In this document: piece after piece, positions 10,309 to 21,143 of the stretch | How the letters are laid out: each line of letters starts with the position of its first letter | Position numbering within the stretch: position 1 is the stretch's first letter | From: Prasinococcaceae sp. CCMP 1430 | Taxonomy: Eukaryota > Plantae > Prasinodermophyta | Assembly: GCA_013416795.1 (NCBI GenBank) | Contig: RQSC01000152.1 | Location: 1-64,000, forward strand | DNA: 64,000 nt | Direction: 5' to 3' | The notes under the pieces: generated by a model | Database searches by the model: none | Told to the model about the DNA's origin: nothing | The model's input: the letters and a program-made list of their open reading frames with translations, nothing else | Made by a program: the position numbers and the translations under genes

Positions 10309-12044
10309 ATGCGGCCAACAATTGGCGGCTGGGTGTCCCGCGCGCGCGCGCGCGCGCTCGGCCTGCGGTGTGAGATGTGGCTGCTGCGCGTCGCGCCGCG
10401 CGCGCGTCATCGTGCTCGAGGCACGCAACAGGCTCGGCGGCAGGTGCATGTCCGTGCCCATCGCTGGTGCGGAGGGCATGGGGGGGAGGAGCAGAGCGGA
10501 GGCGGCCGTGGACCTGGGCGCGGGCTGGGTGCACGGTGCGCAGGATGTGCGCAACCCGCTCGCAGCGCTCGTCGCGTCGCGGGGCGGTGTGCACCCACTC
10601 GTGCCGTCCAAGAGGAATGCCGACGCTCGCGGCGGCGAGCGTCGCCCACTCAGTGCGCTCCTGATATCCCACGACATGGACACGCATTTGCTAACGGATG
10701 CGGCCACGGGCGCCGAGTTCGATGTCGAGTGCGTGGCTGCGGCCGCTGGGGTCTTCGAGGCGGTCCTCGAGGAGTGCGCCAAGGTTCGCGCGCGCCACCC
10801 GCCAGGGCGCGAGTGGTCGTTCGCCGGCGAGGCGGCTGCCGCGCGTGAGCGGCTCGAACAAGCTGGCGACATCCCTATGCTCTCCTACGCCGAGCGTCGC
10901 GTGTGGTCATGGTTCGTGGGCCGCGCCGCAGGCACGTGGTTTGCAGCGGAGACCGCTGACCCCGGGGCGGCCCACGGCCCCGACACGGGTGACGGAGGCA
11001 CTGACGCGGGTGCGCCGCTACGTGGCACGCCCGCGTTTGTGCACGGCGGCCTGCAGGCTTTGCTGCGGCCGCTGGCCGCGGGCGTGGACATTCGCTTCTC
11101 CAATCCCGTCAAGCGCGTGTGCCGCCACGCTTCGGGGGTCACGCTGCTGCTCGAGAGTGGTGGTCGCATCGAGGCAGACTACTGCGTGTGCACGATCCCA
11201 CTGGGCGTGCTCAAGGTGGCACCCGGCGCCGGCGTCACCACTCTCGCGCAGAGCTACCAAAATCGAAACCTGATGCCAATCAACAGCGAGGAGATGCGCC
11301 CGCCGCCGCGCTTCGACCCTCCGTTGCCGGATGAGCATCGCGCGGCGCTCGTGGCCTCGCGCGTGGCGCACGAGAACCGCGTCGCCCTCCGCTTTGCACG
11401 CGCCTTCTGGCCACAGGAGGTGACTTTCTTGGGCGCGTGCGCCGACTCCGTCGAGGATTGTGCGTGTGCGAGAGCGCGTGCGTGGTTGCTCTCGCCCTCT
11501 GGCAGCGCATGGGTCTCGCCGCGGCTTGTGCTCGCAGCTGACACGCACGCTTTCGTCGCACGCAGGCTCATACTTCGTGAACCTGTCGCCGCTGCTGGGC
11601 GGTGAGCCCGTGTTACTACTACTGCTGACCGGCGCGCGCGCGTTTGCCATGGAGACCAGCTCCGAGGCAGTCATACGCGAGACGGCCATGCGCGCGCTGC
11701 GCGCAGCGCTGCCCGCGGGTTGCGCTGTCGAAGAGCCTCTGAGCGTGCGCTGGTCGCGCTGGGGCCAAGACCCGTGGGCGCGTGGCGCTTATGCGCAGGG
11801 CGAGCTGCTGCCCACGCCCGCGTCCGAGCTCGCGGCGCCGGCCGGTCGACTGCACTTCGCGGGCGACCATGTGGCGCGTCGTTGGACTGGGACGGTGCAC
11901 GGTGCGTTGGACTCCGGGAAGAGTACTGCGAAGGCGATCCTCAAGGCCATTGATACGGACTTGCTCACGATCAAGACAGAGGACGCCGGCGTCGCGAGCA
12001 TGCCCAGTGCGCCGCGCGGGCTGCGCGGCTCTTCAAAGCTATGA
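10309..12044 (+). CDS. Flavin-containing amine/polyamine oxidase family protein (intron 11460-11565; 5' end irregular)
   Basis: VIVLEARNRLGGR, VDLGAGWVHG, VCTIPLGVLK, RFDPPLP, RWGQDPWARGAY and LHFAGDH...GTVHGALDSG. The intron joins EDC-SYFVNL in phase 1. Confidence 0.85.
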
Positions 12045-12133
12045 GGCGCGTCGGCGAGCACGGGCGGCTCTGAGGAGCAGGTCCTCCGGCTGGTAGCCGC
12101 GCGGATGCGTGGCCAGCCTTGTACACAAGTATA

Positions 12134-12856
12134 TTAGTCCTCCCCGGGCGCGAGTGCCTCCCTGCGCGCAATTTCCTTGGTGGCGAAGTCGATGTAGAGG
12201 CCGAGCTTGTCCACGCTGTCAGCGAAGTTGAACAGCATGCTCTCTGCCGAAGCGCGCCTGTCGCCACGGGCAGCGAGGTCCGCTGCGTCCTGCAGCATCT
12301 TGATGGTAGCCACCGCGGACGTTGATGCGAGCTGCCGCGGGTCGTCCATGCAGCTGACGACCGCGCACACGACCGCGTTGGGGCGGTCGAGCCACGGGAG
12401 CGGCACATTTCTTTGGCCGCCACCGCGTCTGCTGTCTCCTGCTGCGCTGTCCGCAAGGGGGTCTGGCATAGTGGCCCAAGTCGCCTTCTCCCAGTCCTCG
12501 AGGGGCATCGGGCCGACGTACGCGTCGACCGCGAGCGCGGTCTTGCGGAACGCGCCAATCTCACCGGAGCGTAGGCCGCGCGCAATCTTCCGGAGGTCGG
12601 GCCGGCCGCCCACCGCGAGCGCTTGACGCACCTCGTCGCGGTACGCGACGAGCTCGACCAGCGCCGCTTGCACCTGCTGCAAGGCGGCCTTCGCCACAAG
12701 CGGGCTGGCGTCGAGAGGCAAAGCCGCCCGCGCACTCCGCGGCGCCGCCGTGCCGCCCAGCGTGCCCAGCACCGCCGACGCAGCGGCTCCCACCAACGCC
12801 TTTCGCCTCGCGCAGCCGGGCGCTCGCTCGCCCGGCCGCCCCGCGCCCCGCTCCAT
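12134..12856 (-). CDS. Uncharacterised probable thylakoid-lumen protein (Tat-type signal)
   Basis: RRKALVGAAASAVLGTLGG...SARA is a twin-Arg, hydrophobic stretch, AxA pattern, followed by a helical mature domain. The reading frame stays open up to and across the N at 12878, so the true start is probably missing. Confidence 0.65.
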   Translation of the reverse strand: MERGAGRPGERAPGCARRKALVGAAASAVLGTLGGTAAPRSARAALPLDASPLVAKAALQQVQAALVELVAYRDEVRQALAVGGRPDLRKIARGLRSGEIGAFRKTALAVDAYVGPMPLEDWEKATWATMPDPLADSAAGDSRRGGGQRNVPLPWLDRPNAVVCAVVSCMDDPRQLASTSAVATIKMLQDAADLAARGDRRASAESMLFNFADSVDKLGLYIDFATKEIARREALAPGED

Positions 12857-12946
12857 GTCGCTGCCGCAGCGGCACGCNCCCGAGGTGGCCGCGTCTCTGA
12901 ACGAGCTCACGCGCGTGCACTCGACGAGACGAGCGCGCTCGCGGGG

Positions 12947-14682
12947 ATGGACGCCGGCGGCGCGGGCGGCGAGGACGGCGCCGCGGTCGTTGTCGGCGGC
13001 GGGTGGGCCGCGTTCGGCGCCGCCGAGTCGCTGTCGCGAAACGGCTTCGGAGCCAACGTGACGCTGCTGGACGCAGCCCCCACGCCAGGCGGGGTGGCGG
13101 GAACGGCGGCGTCAGGCGGCGCCAAGATCGAGCTCGGCATCAAGGGCTGCTGGCGCCACTATCGCAACGTCGAGCGCATGCTGGAGGAGCTTGGCCTTCC
13201 CGCGGCCTCGCGGTACGGCCCTTTCTCCGAGACGGCCTTCTACTCACCGCGCGGCCTTGAGGTGGTTGCACCCGTGCTCGGCGAGTGCGAGCCGCGCCTG
13301 CCCGCCCCGCTGGGCCCGCTGGCGTACACAGCCGATCGGTTCACAGACCTGCCGTACGAGGACCGCCTCACGGCTTTCCCCTTGATGCGAGCTTTGATCG
13401 AGTTTGATCTTGATGACGACACGTACGCTTCGTACGACCGCATGAGTTTTGAGCAGCTCTGCCGGAGCGCGGGGGTGTCTGAGACGCTCTACAGCACGTT
13501 TCTGCGCCCAGTGCTGGTGGCGCTCATGTTCGCCCCGCCGCGTGAGCTGTCGGCCGCGGCGGCGCTGGCGGTTCTCTCCAACTACGTCCTCATGCACCAG
13601 GTGCGCCGCCGCGCGCGGACTTCACGCACAGCTCGGCTTTGCGTGGGCCGCGCAGCGCCGCGAGGAGAAGGCGCGCACTGATGTCGTGGGTGTCGCATTC
13701 TTAGCCTTACCTACTCGCTGACGCGCGCTAATCCACGCGCGCACGGCCCCGAGAATAGTCGGATTTCGACGTGCGCTGGCCGACACGCGCGCCATCGGAG
13801 GTGTTCGAGCGCTGGGCAGGCAGGTTGCGCGAGCGGGGCGTTGGTGTGCGCGGGGGCGCGCCTGTTAAGAGGGTCCTCACAGAGGGACGGGGATCCGACG
13901 CGAGGACAGTCGGAGTCGAGCTGCTGTCCGGCGAGGTCATACACGCTTCGGCTGTTGTGCTCGCGGCGGGTGCGTCGGCGCTGCCGCGTATCGTCGAGGC
14001 GTCGGATGGGCTCTGCGGTGTACCGGGACTCAGAGGCGTCGGCGAGCTGCAGACGAGCGCCGTCGTGGCTGCGCGCTTCACCAAGGACGGCGCGGCCGCG
14101 CCGTTGCCATACCCTGCGAATGTCTTCGGCGGCCTGGGCGGAGACATTGCGGGCACTTTTTTTGACATCGGCGTGCTGACGGGCGCCGCCGAGGCTGGGA
14201 GAGTGGTCGAAGTGGACACGTACAACGCAGCCGACCTCGTAGGACGCACCGATGAGGAGCTCCTTGCGGAGGCGCGCCGCGCGCTCGCGCTAGCCGACAA
14301 GCGCTGGGCAAACGCCGCGTACGAGGTCGGCAGCGCGCGTATCGCGCGTGCGGGAAGCGCTGCCACACACTTCCAGCCGGGGTCGCACTCACACACGCCG
14401 GCTATGCGCCCGCGCGGTGCGCCGCTCGGTGTGTACGTCGCCGGCGACCTCGTGAAGCAGGGGCCCGCAGAGCGTGACGCTCACCGCGGCGCGCGGGGCC
14501 TCTCACAAGAGAAAGCGCTGGTCACGGGCATTGCGGCGGGGGGGGGCGCGGCGACAGACGTGCTCGGCGTGAAGGCGCTCACGCTCGCTCCGCTCGCGGT
14601 CGAGGATGACGAGCCCCACATTGAAGCTCTCAAGGATGCTGCCCGCACCGCGCGTGCTGCGGGGTTGCGCTTGCCGCTCTGA
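12947..14682 (+). CDS. FAD-dependent oxidoreductase, carotenoid-desaturase-like/amine oxidase superfamily (cyanobacterial type); intron 13601-13758
   Basis: AVVVGGGWAAFGAA Rossmann motif, ELGIKGCWRHY, MFAPPRELSAAAAL, spliced HQ-SDFDVRW, and VYVAGD...GLSQEKALVTG. A transit peptide probably extends back to the N at 12878. Confidence 0.8.
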
Positions 14683-15367
14683 GCGCTTGGCAAACACGCG
14701 AGGAGCGCGGGCCTGCACGTGCGCTATTTCAGGCTGGCCGCCCCACTTCCGGTGATTGCGCTGCCCGCAACCTGTATGCATCACACACCGAGGCGCCGAC
14801 ACCGAATGAGAGCTCGCCACTTGGCGGTCGCAGCGGCCGTGGGCGGGGACGGCATGCGATCCGCCATCACAAAATCGGCGGTAGGACGACCCACCGAATA
14901 TGTGCTGTAGTATAAATTGCTTTCTGATTTTCGTGATCTCGTCTGGCATCGGTGGTCCGTACGGGCTACCAGAGCGCACCTCGCGCGCGCGCGCGCTCGG
15001 GGAACCGCGCCTTTCACATCCAATCCGCAGCGCGCCCTTTCGTGCCTGCGGAATTGGAATTGCTGCGCTTTCCATGCCATCAATTGGCACCGGAAAATAT
15101 AAACCGGCGGCGCCGCATTCACCACTCGCGGCGGCGCCGCCGCACGGGCGCTGGTTCCGAACGCGGCGACCGACGCGAGCGGCCAGGTCGAAACGCAGGC
15201 GCGCGAGGCCTGCCAGCGTGGCGCCGGCATGGCGCACGAGGTGGTTTGGGGTTGGGGGCGCGAGCAGGGGAGGGGGTGAAGTGAGGTGATGGGCGCGGTC
15301 GCGTGCGTGGCACTCCACACGGGCACACGCGGGCGCGCGTCGCGCCGCAGCACCGCTCAGGCCCACG

Positions 15368-16270
15368 ATGTTCGGCTTTGCCGCCCCCGCCGCGCGCTCC
15401 GCCCGTGGCTTCGCGACCGTGGCCGGCGCGGCCGCGAGGCAGCTAGAGGAGGCGTACGCCGCGCCGCTGCAGCACGTGCATTGGTTAATGGCTGGCGGTA
15501 CGCTCGCGGCGTTCGGACTCGTGCAGGCCGCTCAGCGCTCGGAGGGAAAGGTGCGCAAGGACGCGCGCTTCGCTGTGGTCCCAATGGTGCCCGCGTGTGA
15601 CGCTCAGTGCTCGCCCACAGCCGCGCCCAAGCCCACGTCCTCCGCCTTGGTGTGGCGCGCACCTAACCCACACGTGGGCTGACGCACTCTCTCACACGCG
15701 TGCCCCAGACGAAAGGCACCCTCATGTACTACCACAAGAGCGTTGGCCTTGCGCTGGGCATGCTTGCAGTGCCACGCCTCGCACTGCGCCTGACCACGAA
15801 AATCCCGCCCCACCACGCGGGGCTTCACAAGGTCGAGACTCTCGCTGCCGACGGCGGGCACCTCTTGCTCTACGGAATGCTCACGGCCATGCCAGCGACA
15901 GGAGTTGCGATGGGATACTTCGGTGAGCGTGCGCGCACACGGGCGCGCCTGCGCAGGCGCGAAGATGGCACGAGCGAGAGACCGCACGCGTCGATTTCGG
16001 GCTTCTACTGACGTCGACGCGTCCACAACTCAACACTGCCGCGCTTGCGCTGCTGCGACGCGTGCAGGCGGCAAGGGCCTGCCATTCTTCGCGACGACCT
16101 TGCCCGCTGCCAAGGAACCCAACGGTGCCATCGCCAAGCAGGCTTTCAGCATTCATAGGACCGTCGGACAAGCCTTCGAGATCATGGTGCCTCTGCACGT
16201 TGGAGCCGTCGCGCAGCACCACATGCGTGGGCAGTACGTTATGAATCGGATGACCTCTGTCTTCAAATAG
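15368..16270 (+). CDS. Prokaryotic-type cytochrome b561 (CybB/YceJ, Ni_hydr_CYTB fold) with a mitochondrial-type presequence; introns 15551-15708 and 15923-16067
   Basis: Spliced product has four TM helices with His at HVHWLM, YHKSVG, GHLLLY, SIHRTVG and PLHVGAVAQHH, plus the GVAMGYFGGKGLPFF loop. Both introns are GT-AG and in phase. Confidence 0.85.
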
Positions 16271-16387
16271 TCTAAGAGCAGCATACCAGTCACATCTATT
16301 GTGTGCTATAGTCGATGCCAGCGACACATGCCGCACAATTTCGTAACGTAGTACTACAGCACTCTAGCTAGTACCAACCACACTATG

Positions 16388-17436
16388 CTAAGGCCGGCGC
16401 GCGAGCACGCACGCGAGGGGCCGCGTGTCCGCCAGTACCTGCGTTTCCGACAGCGCGACGTCCCAGCCATGGCTGGCGAAGAGCGCCTCGAGTTCGCCCG
16501 CATTGAGAATGTCGCGGCGCTTGCTCGGGTGGCCATGCGCAGCCACGAAGTCGTCGAAGCTTCGACACGCACGCGCGGCGGGCGATAGCTCGCGTCAGCG
16601 GCGCGCGCGCAAACACACCCTGGCCCGCCGGCGCAATAGATGGCGTTTGCGCCCGCGACTCACCAGGATCCCTCGGGGATGCTAAAGTGCGACCACAGCA
16701 CGCATGCACCCTGATTGCGCAGCAGCACGGGCAGCTCCTCAAGCAGCGGGCGATGCAGGAAGCGCACTCCGATGACTATGTCGACCTTCCCTCCAAGTGC
16801 CTCCTCAGCCGCACGCAACGCCTCGGCGGGCGACACCTTTCGCAGATCGAGATGCAATCCGACGACTTCGCTCCCCACACCGTGCGCGTCCGCGACGGCA
16901 GCCGCCCGTACCAGCGCAGGTGCTGCGCTGTCGACGGCGGCGACCTGGCAGCCCGCGAGGGCTGCGAACGCCGCATCGCGCCCGCTGCCGCAGCCGAAGT
17001 CAACCACGCGCGGCCGCCGGCCGCCCTCGATCCCTCGCATCGCCACGGGCAGAGCGCGTGCGACGAATCCCGACGGCTGCCACAAGTAGTCGGGCTTGTC
17101 CGCGAGTGGGCCAGCGGCAGCGCCTGGCCTCTCGAGCAGCCCGAGCGCGTCAGCTGCTGCGAAGAGCTGCTGGCTCGCAATGAAGATGTCAGTGGCATTG
17201 TAGCCCTGCTCGAGCAGAAACTCGACCTCCACTCGGTCGTCGGCGAGCACGGACATCGCCGCAGCTTTGTGCGGCAGCAGAAACGAACGCCCCGCGAGGC
17301 TGCCGCTCGGGATGTGCACGCTGCAGCGCAGCGACGTGCCAGCGGTGGGCGAGGAGGCACCGTCGCGCACATCCAGCAGCCCTTCGCCCGCTGCGCCCGC
17401 CCAGCCCACCCCTCCGCGCACCCACGCGCACATCAT
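16388..17436 (-). CDS. Rhodanese-like domain fused to a class I SAM methyltransferase (TehB-like); intron 16560-16663
   Basis: LLDVR...VHIP...L.GR..LLP (rhodanese-like), VVDFGCGSGRDA (SAM motif I), AAVD and VRFLHRPL. A GTGAGT...AAG intron restores the C-terminal exon CFDDFVAAHGHPSKRRDILNAGELEALF, ending at TAG 16388. Confidence 0.75.
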
Positions 17437-17535
17437 CTCAATAGAGAGTGAGAGAGCGAGAGAGCGAGAGAGAGCGTTATGCGCGCACGTGTGCTAGGCC
17501 CTGGCCAAGCCAGTGCGTTTGTACAGCTCCGTATA

Positions 17536-17540
17536 TTACA
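17536..17540 (-). terminator. UGUAA polyadenylation signal (GRIP golgin)
   Basis: TTACA on the plus strand, 14 nt past the stop. Confidence 0.5.
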
Positions 17541-17554
17541 GCAGCCCCGCCACC

Positions 17555-19975
17555 TCATACCTTCCGCGTGGTGGACGACTGCATGTATGACGACACGCTT
17601 GCCGGCAGGTACGCCGAGGTGGAGTCCGCGAGACTTCCCCACCAGGAGCCCGATGTAGCGCCAGCCTGAGACGCGGCCGCCTGCGTTAGCCGATCGTATC
17701 CGGATTTGTCCAACTGCAGGAGCGTCCCAAGCACTGGGAGCATGGCCGTGCGCTCGGCAGGCGTCTCGAACTCAAGGAATCTCAGCAGTGTATTCCGCAG
17801 GTAGACGAGGTCGACACCATCCATGGGTGCGCGCCTTTGACCCTCGGCAGCTAGACCCGTTGGCCTCGAGCTAGCAGCCTCACGCACGCGTGCATTGGCA
17901 GCGTCGGCCTCACTTTTGGCGGCGTCGGCGTCAGCCCTTGACTCGCGCAGCTCGGAGGTCAGGGCGCGCACGCGGTTCTCTAGTTCAGTAACGCGCAGCG
18001 ACGCCTCCAAGGCCTTGCCCTCAGCCTGTGCCGCGCGCGAGTCCGCGGCCGCGAGCGAACGCACAGCCTCCTCGTCGTCGCGGTCCTTCTCGTCCGCGGC
18101 TGCGGCCTTCAGCAGCGCACGGCGCTCGCTCGCGCGCGCGGTCTCGAGGTTTGCCTCAACCTCCAGCCTGGCCGTGTCAGCAACGACGGCCGCGTCGGTG
18201 GCAGCCTTGATGCGCTCCGCTGAGGTCGCCAGCTCTGCCTCGATCTCAGCGCGACGCCGTCGCTCGGACGCGAGCTCGGCGTCCGCTGCCGCGGTGTGGT
18301 CGCGAGCGGCGGAGAGTGCGACGTCGGCAGCCGCTGCGCGGCGCGTGGCTTCCATCGCGCTCGCCTCGGCCGCATCGCGCTGCCGCGCTGCCTCCTGGAG
18401 ACGCTCTCGCAGCGTGCCGAGCGATTCGCGGTCCCTCTGCAAATCGCGCAGCTCTTCCAATAGCGCGTCGCGCTCGTCGCGAATCGCATGGCCCTCCTGA
18501 AGGGCGGCATCCCTCTCGGCTATTGCCAGGGATGCGGCCTGGCGAGCCGCCGCTGCCTTCTCCTGCTCCGCCGCAATTGACTCGCTCGCGTCAGCCGCAT
18601 CGCTGAGGCCCTCGGCGAGGCGCGCCACGAGGGCAGCGTGGGCGGCTTCGGCAGCGAGGGCGCGCTTTCTCTCCTTCTCCATTTCCGACTTGGCGGCACG
18701 CGCCTCCTCGCGTGCCTTGTCGCGTTGCTCCTTGGCTTTTAGCGTCGCCTCCTTCGATTTGGCGAAGAGCTGTTCAACGCGCCCGGCAGCATCAGCAGCG
18801 GGCCCAAGCTCGGCCAGCCTGCGTTGGCACACGTCCCGATCCTGCCGTGCGCGTTCGGCAGCCTCACGTGACGATGCCAGAGAGGCCTCCACCTTCGCTA
18901 CCTTGTCGGCTATCGGCGTCAGCGATTTGACTTCCTCCGCGAGCTCGAGTTTCTCCTTGTGAAGTGCCTCTTTCTCGTCCACGGCGTCCTTGCGCGCCTG
19001 GCGCTCGACCTCCGCCGCCTCCTCGCTCTCGCGCATCTTTTGCTGGGCGAGCAATGCCGCCTCCTCGGCGCGATGCTGCCCGTCCTCGGCGACGGCTACT
19101 GCGGATGCTAGCTGTAGCTTGGCCTCCTTCTCTGACGTGAGCTGCCGCTCGAGCTCCTCCAGCCGCGCCTCCAAGCACGCGATCGTCGCCCCTCCACCCG
19201 TTCCACCAACATCGTCGCTGCCGCCCGACGGCTCCTGGCGCGACTGTTCCGCGTCAGCAGCGCCTCCGACCGTGCGGCCGTCCTCTGTCACGTCAGAGCT
19301 CTCGTCTGGTGTGTCTTGGCCGCCCTCACTTGCCACGTCATGCCCGCCGTTTGCCACGCCTCCCGACTCAGCGGGCGCGGGCGTTTGCGTGGGTGCCGCC
19401 TGCGATGCGCTTTCTCGCGCCGCCATGAGCGCCTGCTTTTCTGCCAGCGCTCGCAGCCGCTGGATCTCGGCATTCGCGGCAAGTAGAAGGACGCGGTTTG
19501 CGCCGTCGTCGGCCTCGTTGATCGCAGCGAGCTCGCTCTCCTCGGCCGTGGGCGGTATGAGCGCCTGGCGCTCCTCCTCATCGAGCGCCGCGTCCTCCGG
19601 TAGATACTCAAGCGCCTTGGTTAGCGCGGCCCTGAGGGCGGAATTTTCGGCTGCGACCCCGAGCTTCTCGCGAGTGTGCAGCGCGACGAGCGCTGCGAGG
19701 TCTGCGTGATTGTAGAAGCGCAGCTTCTGCGCACTTGTAGCTGCGATGCGCACGTACTGCACCTGCGGTTTCGCCCCCCCCCCGTCCTGCCCCTGCTGCC
19801 CCTGCTGCTGCTGCTGTTGCTGTTCGCCGTCAGCTCCGCCGGCATCCGCCGCCGCCGCATCGATGTTGCGGTTTGCACGCTGCGCGAGCTCCTCTGCGCC
19901 GCTTGCGAGCCGCTCGCCCGCGGACTCAACGGCGCTCACGAGCCTCTCGCGCCAGCCGCCGCCGAAGGCGCTCAT
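17555..19975 (-). CDS. GRIP-domain coiled-coil golgin (trans-Golgi tether)
   Basis: Long Ala/Glu/Arg heptad-rich region. C-terminal VDLVYLRNTLLRFLEFE...RTAMLPVLGTLLQL is a GRIP domain with the conserved Tyr. Confidence 0.85.
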   Translation of the reverse strand: MSAFGGGWRERLVSAVESAGERLASGAEELAQRANRNIDAAAADAGGADGEQQQQQQQGQQGQDGGGAKPQVQYVRIAATSAQKLRFYNHADLAALVALHTREKLGVAAENSALRAALTKALEYLPEDAALDEEERQALIPPTAEESELAAINEADDGANRVLLLAANAEIQRLRALAEKQALMAARESASQAAPTQTPAPAESGGVANGGHDVASEGGQDTPDESSDVTEDGRTVGGAADAEQSRQEPSGGSDDVGGTGGGATIACLEARLEELERQLTSEKEAKLQLASAVAVAEDGQHRAEEAALLAQQKMRESEEAAEVERQARKDAVDEKEALHKEKLELAEEVKSLTPIADKVAKVEASLASSREAAERARQDRDVCQRRLAELGPAADAAGRVEQLFAKSKEATLKAKEQRDKAREEARAAKSEMEKERKRALAAEAAHAALVARLAEGLSDAADASESIAAEQEKAAAARQAASLAIAERDAALQEGHAIRDERDALLEELRDLQRDRESLGTLRERLQEAARQRDAAEASAMEATRRAAAADVALSAARDHTAAADAELASERRRRAEIEAELATSAERIKAATDAAVVADTARLEVEANLETARASERRALLKAAAADEKDRDDEEAVRSLAAADSRAAQAEGKALEASLRVTELENRVRALTSELRESRADADAAKSEADAANARVREAASSRPTGLAAEGQRRAPMDGVDLVYLRNTLLRFLEFETPAERTAMLPVLGTLLQLDKSGYDRLTQAAASQAGATSGSWWGSLADSTSAYLPASVSSYMQSSTTRKV

Positions 19976-20241
19976 CGCGCCGCGCCGCGCGGCCCCGTCC
20001 GCACGCACGACGGGTCCTCCTCGCGCTCTCGCGAGGAGGAGAGAGAATAGCGGGGAGGTGCGCGCGCGCGGGGGGCAGGGGGAAGGAGCCCCCGCCACAC
20101 ACTTTGGCTGCCCACTGCTGCTGCAGCAGCAACACTCCCCTCACGAGCGGCCCATGGCAACACCCACCTGTGTTTTCTTTTTTTTTGCGTTCGCTCGACC
20201 TTTTTTTTTTTCTGGCGGCGGCAGCAGCGCGGTTTAGGGAG

Positions 20242-20969
20242 GCGCTGGCGGCGCGCGCGGCACACGGCGCGCGGCCAGCACGCCGCGGCGACGGCGCGCG
20301 GCCGCGCGCGCCGTGGCGGCCGAGCCAGCGGCCACAGTCGCGGCGGCCGCCGGCGAGACAATGGAGCTAGCAGCCAAGGTGACGACCGACTACGTGCCCG
20401 AGCCGCTGAGGCAGGGTGCCTCGGTGCTCTTCACGGTGCTCCTTGGCTACTATCTCTTCTTTCGCCTCTCGAAGCGCGCGGAAATTGCCGCATCACAGCC
20501 CATCCGCGAGCTCGAGCGCGAGCGCCGGGAGGCGCGCTCGCTCATCATCGAGCCCGCGAAGGTGAAGGGCGAGTCGGAGGGCGACGCTGAGGCGCAAGAG
20601 GAGGCAGATGCGCCACGAAAGGACCTCCCGGTGAAGCAGCTGTGGTCGGGTGCAGCAACGGGACTGTTCTTCACGCTGCTGTCGTACAAGTTCACCAGCG
20701 TCGTCGAGGGTTTCATCGATGGCTCTGGCTTCGCCACGGACGATGCCACCGTTTACCAGCTCGCCATCACGTTCCGCACGATCCTACTCGGGCTCGGCTG
20801 GCTACTCACAGGCATCTACGGCGTCAACACCGTAGGGCTCACGCTCCTTGCGGGGAGAAAGACGCTGGGGCTGGACAGTGGAGAGGAGGAGTCGAGCGGC
20901 GCGCAGGCCGACGCCGCACAGGAGGGGGCGGCGCAACCCGTCGATGCCGCGAGGGACGACGTCCGGTAG
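20242..20969 (+). CDS. DUF3082-like plastid membrane protein (first exon unresolved)
   Basis: LWSGAATGLFFTLLSYKFTSVVEGFI...YQLAITFRTILLGLGWLLTGIYGVNTVGL fits DUF3082. An Arg/Ala-rich transit-like stretch lies upstream in frame after an AG. A possible first exon starts at ATG 20154. Confidence 0.72.
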
Positions 20970-21037
20970 CGAGCGCCACGTGCGCGCGCGCGGAGATTGG
21001 CGCCGTGACACCAGGTAGCGAGACTTTCACGGTGGGC

Positions 21038-21042
21038 TGTAA
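21038..21042 (+). terminator. UGUAA polyadenylation signal (DUF3082 gene)
   Basis: TGTAA 68 nt after the stop. Confidence 0.55.
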
Positions 21043-21143
21043 TTGTAGATGTACACCGCGATGCGTGGCCGGCGGCCCGCCGTTTTTTACCGCGCTCCAG
21101 CGGCGCCGCGCTCCCTCGCGTGCGCAGGAGCAGCACGGCGGGC

